DNA of 61,542 bases from Betaproteobacteria bacterium (GTDB lineage: Bacteria > Pseudomonadota > Gammaproteobacteria > Burkholderiales > Usitatibacteraceae), in assembly GCA_043768625.1 (NCBI GenBank), contig JAYVKG010000028.1, positions 1 to 61,542 on the forward strand, written 5' to 3'. Below, piece after piece: positions 28,755 through 36,218 of the stretch (position 1 is the first letter of the stretch; every line of letters starts with the position of its first letter). A model generated the notes under the pieces. It saw only the letters and a program-made list of their open reading frames with translations, was not told where the DNA came from and did not search any database. The translations under genes were made by a program, and so were the position numbers.

Positions 28755-29393
28755 TCACTGAATTATGCCGTTTTTAATTGCATAATAAGTCAGGTCAGCA
28801 TTGCTGTGCATGCCCATCTTTTCCAGCACGCGGGTGCGATAAGTGCTGATCGTCTTGACGCTTAAGAATAGTTCTGCGGCGACTTCTGAAACACTTTGTC
28901 CCGCCGACAATTTACAGAAAATCTGAAATTCCCGCTGTGACAACGCGCCGTGAAGCGGGGTAGTCGAGGCGTCCGGCGTTTCTGCAAGCAGTTCAGCCAC
29001 TTCCCCGCTAATGTACTTGCGACCTTTGCGCACGGTCCGCAACGCCGTAACCACCTGCTCGGGAGCCGATTCCTTGGTTAAATAGCCTGACGCGCCGGAA
29101 CGCAACATATTCACGGCATATTGTTCCTCTGGATACATGGAGAGAATCAATACCGCCATATCCGGTTTGAGCGATTTCATGCGCTTCAGTACATCAATCC
29201 CGCTTTGCTTTGGCATTGAAAGATCGAGAAGAGTGACATCGATTTCCCGCTCGCGCACCGCTTTCAGGGCGTCCTCGCCATTGCAGGCTTCAGCAACTAC
29301 CTCAAACTCACCTGTCTCTTCGAGCAAGCTTCGCAGACCGGCTCGGAACAGCGCGTGGTCGTCGGCGATCATTACTTTCGTTTTGTCGAGCAT
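28755..29393 (-). CDS. NarL/FixJ (LuxR-type HTH) response regulator
   Basis: Start re-called at the ATG at 29393 (MLDKTKVMIADDH..), preceded by GGAG. Receiver plus C-terminal LuxR HTH (LSQREFQIF..SVKTISTYRTRVLEKMG). Confidence 0.9.
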   Translation of the reverse strand: MLDKTKVMIADDHALFRAGLRSLLEETGEFEVVAEACNGEDALKAVREREIDVTLLDLSMPKQSGIDVLKRMKSLKPDMAVLILSMYPEEQYAVNMLRSGASGYLTKESAPEQVVTALRTVRKGRKYISGEVAELLAETPDASTTPLHGALSQREFQIFCKLSAGQSVSEVAAELFLSVKTISTYRTRVLEKMGMHSNADLTYYAIKNGIIQ

Positions 29394-29741
29394 AGGGGAA
29401 CTCCGCAGAGGTATTTGATGCGTGGGTGCAATCGGTGTATTTACACCGAATGATGTTACTTGAATCGATATCCGCAATACGTCGGCTCAGCGCGCAGTTA
29501 ACTGTAGGACATAATCTGACAAATATGACCGCAATTTGCCCGGCTTGCATTTTGCCAAATGTTAATCGGCCATTTTTGATTCGCCGAAGCGGTCAGCATA
29601 CGCCGTCTGGTGGCGTGACGGTTCAAAGTTTTCGGTCCCTTCAGCGTTGTCAGTCAAATCCTACTAAACCGTCGGCGGTTGGCCGATGAACAATGCGCCC
29701 AGGGGAGCCCAACATGCAGGTTCAATGGCAATGGAGGTTAT

Positions 29742-29939
29742 ATGAAAAGTAATTCCCGCATTTTCGGCGCAGTCTTGGTGGGTTTAGGTACGCTCGTTTT
29801 AGGTCGTTATGTTAAAAACAGCATGCACAATCAAAAGACCCTTGCCAACAAAAGGCTTACCAAGCAGGCAGTGCAAAATTGGGAAGGTGAAGGGGGCAAC
29901 GTGATTGAAACCGTACGCCGACCCGCCGCGGGATTATAA
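29742..29939 (+). CDS. Small (65 aa) single-TM protein with WEGEGG motif
   Basis: GGAGG SD 5 nt upstream of the ATG at 29742. MKSNSRIFGAVLVGLGTLVLG.. TM helix, then ..QAVQNWEGEGGNVIE. Confidence 0.55.
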   Translation: MKSNSRIFGAVLVGLGTLVLGRYVKNSMHNQKTLANKRLTKQAVQNWEGEGGNVIETVRRPAAGL

Positions 29940-29958
29940 AGGCGGACTTGGCTGGCAT

Positions 29959-29982
29959 CGGTTAAGAGGCTTATCTTAACCG
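29959..29982 (+). terminator. Hairpin downstream of the small WEGEGG gene
   Basis: cggttaaga / tcttaaccg 9-bp stem with a 6-nt loop, 20 nt after the stop. No T-run. Confidence 0.35.
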
Positions 29983-30256
29983 GCAAAGCGTCCTGTTCTT
30001 ATTCGATTCAGTCGCCCCGGCCTGTGGCGTTCTACTTGAAGCAGTATGGTCAGACGCCCTTACAAAATCGGCAAATACCGATTCTGGTCATGCCTGCTAT
30101 CGCGTCCGCGACATACCGCGGCGTGAGCCTAAACCCCGATATTGTTTCATCGACTATTGGTGCGATTAATCACAAGCGCCGCTGTCACTGTCTACAATCG
30201 CCTGCATCAATTGCACAGATCTACCGAAAGCAAATGCTCCAACGACGTGTCTGAAT

Positions 30257-31555
30257 TTGTCAATGTCCTTAATCTATTTTCAGTACCGTACCATGCTATG
30301 GATTGGCGGCGCTGTGCTTGTCACAATCGCAGCGGTGGTACTGGTGATCAATTTCACGGGCGGCGAGAAGAAAATCGAGCAGCATATCGACCGACACTAT
30401 GCCCTGGAAGATCCACGCTTCCTGCATGAACTGGGGGTGCTGCTGGGGCCGCCCTTTATTGCTGGCAATCGGCACCAGGTTCTGCAGAATGGCGATGAAA
30501 TTTTTCCCGCGATGCTTGACGCGATTAGAAATGCGCGGACCTCGATCACCTTCGAGTCCTATATTTACTGGTCGGGTGATATTGGTCGTGATTTTGCATC
30601 CTCGTTGGTCGAACGCGCGCGCAATGGCGTAAAGGTACATGTGCTGCTTGACTGGGTCGGCAGCGCGAAAATGGATGAGGCGCTCATCGACGCGATGAAA
30701 ACAGCAGGGGTGCAGGTGCGCAAATTTCACCCGCCGCATTGGTCTCACCTGGGTCGACTAAACAATCGAACGCATCGCAAGATTCTGGTGGTTGATGGCC
30801 GCATTGCCTTCACCGGCGGGGTCGGAATTGCACCGCAGTGGAGCGGACATGCTCAAGACCCGGATCATTGGCGCGATACCCACTTTCAGGTCGAGGGACC
30901 GGTGGTTGCACAGATGCAGGCGGTATTCCTGGACAACTGGATCAAGGTCACTGGCGACGTACTATACGGTCCCGACTATTTCCCGCCGCTTAAACCGGCC
31001 GGCCAGGGTCATGCGCAAGTTTTCAGCAGTTCTCCGACCGGCGGAAGCGAGAGCATGCAGCTCATGTATTTGATGGCCATTACCGCCGCTACGCGCTCGA
31101 TCGATCTGTCGGCGTCGTACTTTGTGCCTGATGAACTTGCGCTGGGCGCAATGGTTGAAGCGATGAAACGGGGCGTCAAATTGCGCATCATCGTGCCTGG
31201 CGAGCATATCGACAGTGAGACGGTGGGCAGCGCCTCGCGTGCCAAATGGGGCCCGTTGCTCGAGGCGGGGGCCGTCATCGCTCAATACCAGCCGACCATG
31301 TTTCACTGCAAGGTGATGATCGTGGATGATTTGCTGGTTTCGGTGGGCTCGACTAATTTTGACAACCGGTCTTTCCGCCTTAACGACGAAGCGACGCTCA
31401 ACATCGTCGACGCTACATTTGCCAGTGAACAGAAGTCTATCTTTGAAGGCGACCTGAGGCGATCGCGCCTTATTACCAATGCGGCGTGGCTCGACCGTCC
31501 ACTCAAGGAAAAAATCGGCGAAAGGCTCGCTTCTTTGTTCGGCTCTCAGCTTTGA
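30257..31555 (+). CDS. clsB: Phospholipase D family protein / cardiolipin synthase ClsB-like
   Basis: N-terminal TM and two HKD motifs (HRKILVVDGRIAFTGGVGI; HCKVMIVDDLLVSVGSTNFDNRS). Confidence 0.85.
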   Translation: MSMSLIYFQYRTMLWIGGAVLVTIAAVVLVINFTGGEKKIEQHIDRHYALEDPRFLHELGVLLGPPFIAGNRHQVLQNGDEIFPAMLDAIRNARTSITFESYIYWSGDIGRDFASSLVERARNGVKVHVLLDWVGSAKMDEALIDAMKTAGVQVRKFHPPHWSHLGRLNNRTHRKILVVDGRIAFTGGVGIAPQWSGHAQDPDHWRDTHFQVEGPVVAQMQAVFLDNWIKVTGDVLYGPDYFPPLKPAGQGHAQVFSSSPTGGSESMQLMYLMAITAATRSIDLSASYFVPDELALGAMVEAMKRGVKLRIIVPGEHIDSETVGSASRAKWGPLLEAGAVIAQYQPTMFHCKVMIVDDLLVSVGSTNFDNRSFRLNDEATLNIVDATFASEQKSIFEGDLRRSRLITNAAWLDRPLKEKIGERLASLFGSQL

Positions 31556-31744
31556 CATCCTGCGCAGTTTGTTCGTCGCAATTAAGGAAACACACTAGCA
31601 CTGGCGGGCCTCTGCAGGGTTTTTACGGCCGAAAGCGGCTGTAGATGCAGAGTTTCAAAGTTAGAAAATCTTGGCTGAGCTATTGACGGCGCCAAACATC
31701 ATCTTCCTGCCACTCTGCCAGGTCGTCGTCGGGCGACGGCTGCT

Positions 31745-32992
31745 TCAGCCATTGAGGCGGTGTGGGTGCGCCAAAAAAAATCGCAGCATTTCGCCAGTCG
31801 CATCAGGGCCTTTGGCATCGGTATACGAACCACCAGCAAGGCCTCCTGACCAGGCGTGTCCCGCCCCATGCAATAGCCAGTGTTCAGCGATGGCGCTGTT
31901 GTTGGCGTCACGATGGATGGTACGGGTGTAGCGGCGACCCAAAGCGGATACACCTATCTCGGTCTGCAGATTGCCGCCGGCATAAGCGTTGTCTTTGCTG
32001 GCACCAGTGGCGCTTCCCAGTACGGCCGCGATCACCTGGTCGCCATTGCGCGGATGCACCGTCTTATCCTGGTCACCATGAAACACGATGGTGGGCACCG
32101 AGACCTGTGACGGGTCCAATGCGCCCCTTATAGCGCTGGACCTGGCTTGCAGGCCCGAGCCTGCCGCCGCGCTTTTCATTGCCGCGAGCGCCTCCATTAC
32201 GTTGCCCGCTGCGCCCGGTGGGAGCCCAGAATGCACGCCAACGGCGGCAAAAATATCCGGGTAGGCTGCAGCGACGATCGCGGCCATGGCACCTCCCGCA
32301 GATAAACCCGCGATATAGACCCGGCGCTCATCTATACCATGTTGCGCGATTACCGCCTGCGCGAGGCTGGCGATCAAGGCAGGTTCGCCGCTGCCGCGCT
32401 GCTGGTGACTTTGCTGAAACCAATTCCAGCAACGAGACGGATTGGCGTCCTGCGATTGCGCAGGGTACAACACGAAAAAACCCTGCTCGCGCGCCAGCGC
32501 ATTCATGCCGGTGCCCGCCGCGAAATCATCGGCGTCCTGGGTGCAGCCGTGCAGCATCACCACTAGCGGTAGCGCGCGACCGGCGTGACCGGGCGGTATA
32601 TAGAGCTTGAACCGGCGTGTAAGTGCGGCATGCGTGTGCGAGCCGTTGGCAAACTCGCCTGGACCGGTGTCGACTTCGGCGTCGACGTCAATGGGATTGG
32701 ACCGCGGTCTAGGATGTAGCTCAGCGGTCCAATTGCCGCCGGCTGCCGTTTCACTTGGGATTGTTGCCGGTACGTTCGGCGAAAGTGTCTCAGAGTCGGC
32801 GGTGACACTGTAGCGCCGCAGCAGCGGGTTGGTCAGTAATAAATTTTCGGCTGCATCGGCGTGACCCGGGGCCGCTTCCGCCTGTGACTTGCCGCGAAGC
32901 GCACGCTGTATTATTTCGGTCGCTTCGTTCAAGCGACCCGCTTGCGTCAGTCGCGTAGCTTCGCGCATTAGCTCCTGGAGATTATCGTTCAT
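31745..32992 (-). CDS. PHB-depolymerase-family esterase (alpha/beta hydrolase)
   Basis: LPLVVMLHGCTQDADDF, NPSRCWNWF and the nucleophile elbow GLSAGGAMAA. The helical N-terminal segment has no signal peptide. Confidence 0.82.
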   Translation of the reverse strand: MNDNLQELMREATRLTQAGRLNEATEIIQRALRGKSQAEAAPGHADAAENLLLTNPLLRRYSVTADSETLSPNVPATIPSETAAGGNWTAELHPRPRSNPIDVDAEVDTGPGEFANGSHTHAALTRRFKLYIPPGHAGRALPLVVMLHGCTQDADDFAAGTGMNALAREQGFFVLYPAQSQDANPSRCWNWFQQSHQQRGSGEPALIASLAQAVIAQHGIDERRVYIAGLSAGGAMAAIVAAAYPDIFAAVGVHSGLPPGAAGNVMEALAAMKSAAAGSGLQARSSAIRGALDPSQVSVPTIVFHGDQDKTVHPRNGDQVIAAVLGSATGASKDNAYAGGNLQTEIGVSALGRRYTRTIHRDANNSAIAEHWLLHGAGHAWSGGLAGGSYTDAKGPDATGEMLRFFLAHPHRLNG

Positions 32993-33266
32993 GCAAACTT
33001 TCTATTAATGTTGGTTGGTCGTGATTCGCGGCCGGGATAAACTCGGACTGCATGGCAAAGCAGACTACCAGATAGGGCAAGAAAATTTCCTCTGATGTTC
33101 TCATAGCGAGGTTTTCAGGCCTTCCAATTTCAGACTACACGCCTGTTGCCAACGTCATCTCAATCCGCCACAGTAAGCGCTCGCCGCCGCATATTGCGTA
33201 GGGCGCCTTACCAACGATTTGTCGGACAGATGCGTTAATTATGCTGCGTCCACCAATAAATGGCGC

Positions 33267-33557
33267 TCAGCCGGCGGCATCTTGTACGGCCGCTGGCCGC
33301 TCGGGGTCTTCCTCTTGTTTCTCACTCGCAAAGCCGGTCTTCATCGCGCCACGGATATTCATCGTCGCCAAACCTACCTGCATCGCGATAAGGGCTGGCG
33401 CATCCCCATGCAGGGCCCAAGCGATCCACAAGGCGTTACTTGCCAAAAATATCCAGAATCCGATGTTACGTCGGTGCGGACTCTTTGAGGCAACCAGCCA
33501 TGCGGCGATGATGGTGGCGGCCATCGCGGGCCACTGCAGCAGGTTAACGAAGTCCAT
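33267..33557 (-). CDS. Small 3-TM membrane protein (weak SemiSWEET/PnuC-like resemblance)
   Basis: 96 aa with three hydrophobic helices. ..WIAWALHGDAPALIAMQ.. resembles the TM2-TM3 junction of SemiSWEET-type proteins, but the PQ motif is absent. Confidence 0.4.
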   Translation of the reverse strand: MDFVNLLQWPAMAATIIAAWLVASKSPHRRNIGFWIFLASNALWIAWALHGDAPALIAMQVGLATMNIRGAMKTGFASEKQEEDPERPAAVQDAAG

Positions 33558-33619
33558 TAGCGGCTATGCCCGGCAACAAACGCGCTTGGTGCTTAAAAAA
33601 AGTACTCGCACCGACACCA

Positions 33620-34033
33620 TTAAAATCCTCCCGCCGCAAAGCGGTTCAACGCGATTCTGCCCGCCGCAGCCGACGCCACACTCACCGTCGTGCCCCACGC
33701 CATATCCAGCAGAGACAAACCGATTGGCCAATTCTTCAACGTGGCAAGATTGGTCAGGTCGTAGGTCACGTAACTAATAAAACCGAACACAGCCGCCAAC
33801 ACCAGCGTCTTGCTCCATTCACTGCCAGACGCGTTGGGCACCACCGCAAATACCATCAGGCCGACGGCAAAGATCGCGTAGAACAAAACTGCCACGGGCA
33901 CGTTGGTTCGCTCAGCCAATAAATGCCCGATCCCTTGCCGATAAAAAGGTTTGGCGACGACACCGAGCCAGAGCAGGTCGAGTGCCACCATCACGATGGT
34001 GGTGGGGGCGTAGGCTACAAAATATTTGATCAC
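33620..34033 (-). CDS. DUF2177-like membrane protein
   Basis: 137 aa, 4 TM, ..ALDLLWLGVVAKPFY...YDLTN... pattern that I associate with DUF2177. Confidence 0.65.
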   Translation of the reverse strand: MIKYFVAYAPTTIVMVALDLLWLGVVAKPFYRQGIGHLLAERTNVPVAVLFYAIFAVGLMVFAVVPNASGSEWSKTLVLAAVFGFISYVTYDLTNLATLKNWPIGLSLLDMAWGTTVSVASAAAGRIALNRFAAGGF

Positions 34034-34174
34034 ACGGTTTATCTGTTGTTGGATAGGGCGGGCGCTGCGAAATTTAATGCGCGGTTAAATGCGCCTGCTG
34101 GTTACACGCCGGTTGTGCCGGACAATCGGCAGGTCTACACATGCCGGTTGAGCGAAAGCGCAACGGGTTGTAAG

Positions 34175-35503
34175 TCAGCGTTGCGCAGTCACCCGCCAAA
34201 TTACATTGCCTACATCGTCTGCCACCAGCAATGCGCCTTGCTTATCCAGGACCACGCCAACCGGCCGACCGAAAGCACTGCCTTCTTCACTCAAAAAGCC
34301 GGTCAACACGTCAACCGGCGCGACGCTCGACGGCTGCGCGTTTTCAAATGGCACGAAGATAACTTTGTAGCCGCTGTGAGGCCGACGATTCCATGAGCCA
34401 TGCTGGCCAATGAACATGCCATTGGCAAAAGTCTTGGGCAGCGTGGTGCCAGCGGAAAATGCCAGGCCAAGCGAGGCGGTGTGCGGGCCCAAAGCGTAGT
34501 CGGGTGTAATCGCCTGCGCCACTAGTTCTGGCCGCTGCGGTTTAACGCGTTCGTCGATATGCGTGCCGTAATAGCTGTAGGGCCAGCCGTAAAATCCACC
34601 ATCGCGCACCGCCGTCATGTAATCGGGAACGAGGTCGCTGCCAATTTCGTCGCGCTCGTTCACCACTGTCCACAACGCGCCGCGGTCAGGCTCCCACGCG
34701 AGCCCGTTGGGATTGCGCAAGCCAGAGGCAAAAATCCGATGCGAGCCACTTTTAATGTCCACTTCCCAAATCGCGGCCCGCTCGAATTCTGCCGCCATTC
34801 CTCGTTCCGCTACATTGCTATTGGAGCCAACCGTGACATAGAGTTTGGTGCCATCGGCACTTGCGATGAGGTTCTTGGTCCAGTGGTGGTTGATCGGGCC
34901 ACCTGGCAAGTTCACCACCTTGACACCTGGCGCGGTGATGCGCTGGTCGCCGGCCGTGTAAGGAAATCGTAGCACCGCGTCGGCGTTGGCAACAAATAGC
35001 GAGTTACCCACCAGCGCCATACCAAACGGCGAATTCAGTCCTTCGAGCAACACCGAACGCACGTCAGCCACACCGTCACCTTTGGTGGCTCGTAGCAGCG
35101 TGATGCGATTGGCACTAGGTACTGCGGCACCAGCCCGCTTCATCACCATCCCCATCACCCAACCCTTGATGCCCTTGCCATCTTCGGGTTTTGCCGGCGC
35201 GTTGGTTTCCGCCACCAGCACGTCGCCGTTGGGAAGCACATACAGCCAGCGAGGATGATCAAGACCGCCGGCAAAAGCGGCCACGTGCAAGTCCGCGGAC
35301 GCTTTGGGAATAACACCGGCGGGCCAACCCTTCGCGGGTGCGATGTTGACTGTTGGTATCAGCGTATTTCTGGGCGGCGGGAGCACTGGATCGCGACCAA
35401 CGCCGGCCGACACCGGCAGGGTGGCCACCTCACCGCATGCGGTGAGGGCCAACACAATTGTGCAAATTAGCGGTGTGTTCAAGCGCTTACGCGCTTGAAC
35501 CAT
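34175..35503 (-). CDS. PQQ-dependent sugar (sorbosone/aldose) dehydrogenase-family lipoprotein
   Basis: Start re-called at the ATG at 35503 ([23 protein letters not shown], lipobox). Beta-propeller body with ..[10 protein letters not shown].., ..GGFYGWPY.. motifs. The upstream part of the track ORF is out of frame with the real DUF3309 gene. Confidence 0.85.
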   Translation of the reverse strand: MVQARKRLNTPLICTIVLALTACGEVATLPVSAGVGRDPVLPPPRNTLIPTVNIAPAKGWPAGVIPKASADLHVAAFAGGLDHPRWLYVLPNGDVLVAETNAPAKPEDGKGIKGWVMGMVMKRAGAAVPSANRITLLRATKGDGVADVRSVLLEGLNSPFGMALVGNSLFVANADAVLRFPYTAGDQRITAPGVKVVNLPGGPINHHWTKNLIASADGTKLYVTVGSNSNVAERGMAAEFERAAIWEVDIKSGSHRIFASGLRNPNGLAWEPDRGALWTVVNERDEIGSDLVPDYMTAVRDGGFYGWPYSYYGTHIDERVKPQRPELVAQAITPDYALGPHTASLGLAFSAGTTLPKTFANGMFIGQHGSWNRRPHSGYKVIFVPFENAQPSSVAPVDVLTGFLSEEGSAFGRPVGVVLDKQGALLVADDVGNVIWRVTAQR

Positions 35504-35523
35504 CACAAGCCGGGCGGGAGCCG

Positions 35524-35682
35524 TCAAATTTTTCCCATGACCAACAGTACGACCAGGATGAGTACCACCAGACCAATACCACCACTTGGGCCGTAACCCC
35601 AACTCCTGCTGTGTCCCCAGGTCGGTAGCGCGCCGACCAGCACCAATACCAACACGATGAGCAATATTGTGCCTAGACTCAT
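35524..35682 (-). CDS. DUF3309 small membrane protein
   Basis: 52 aa, not in the ORF track: [58 protein letters not shown] lies 6 nt upstream of the ATG at 35682. Confidence 0.75.
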   Translation of the reverse strand: MSLGTILLIVLVLVLVGALPTWGHSRSWGYGPSGGIGLVVLILVVLLVMGKI

Positions 35683-35715
35683 ACATTTCTCCTTGAAATT
35701 ATTGTGTAAATAAAC

Positions 35716-35976
35716 TTAATTCCGTGGCGGGGGTTGCGGCGGCGTAATGATCACCGTTGTCTGGTCGCCAGGCTTGCCGGTTTCACCCTTATTGCCGTCC
35801 ATGCCTGGACTACCAGGGGCACCCTGCGGGCCTGCCGGTCCGGGAACGGCGACTGGCACCGGAACTGGAACGGTCACCGGGGCAGGGGAGTTGGGAACAT
35901 TAACGACAGTTGGTTTTTCACAAGCAGCCAAGCTCAGTGCACTGAGCACCGCCAGAGTCAACATCGAACGATTCAT
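35716..35976 (-). CDS. Small lipoprotein with PV-repeat and collagen-like G-X-Y segment
   Basis: Signal peptide with lipobox LAAC, then PVTVPVPVPVAVP, nine G-X-Y triplets (GPAGPQGAPGSPGMDGNKGETGKPGDQ) and a PPQPPP tail. AAGGA SD. Confidence 0.7.
   Translation of the reverse strand: MNRSMLTLAVLSALSLAACEKPTVVNVPNSPAPVTVPVPVPVAVPGPAGPQGAPGSPGMDGNKGETGKPGDQTTVIITPPQPPPRN
35761..35841 (-). repeat. Nine consecutive collagen-like G-X-Y codon triplets
   Basis: Read directly from the translation of 35716..35976. Confidence 0.8.
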
Positions 35977-36218
35977 GGGACATCCTTAATAAGTGGTTAA
36001 TCGTGGCACGGAGCCCTTCACTGCTCCGCGAACTGACCGGTGCGACTGCGAAAGTCACACTCGGAAGCCTTGCAGCATAAGTGAGCGTGCCCAACAGTTC
36101 GGTGCGCTGTCGCACACAGCAACCAAATTTTGCGGTTGACGCGCTTCGGGCGCTCGCGACGGCGGTTAGGCGCAGCGCGGTAACGACCCATTTACCGATG
36201 CCAATGGTGCAGCAGGTG

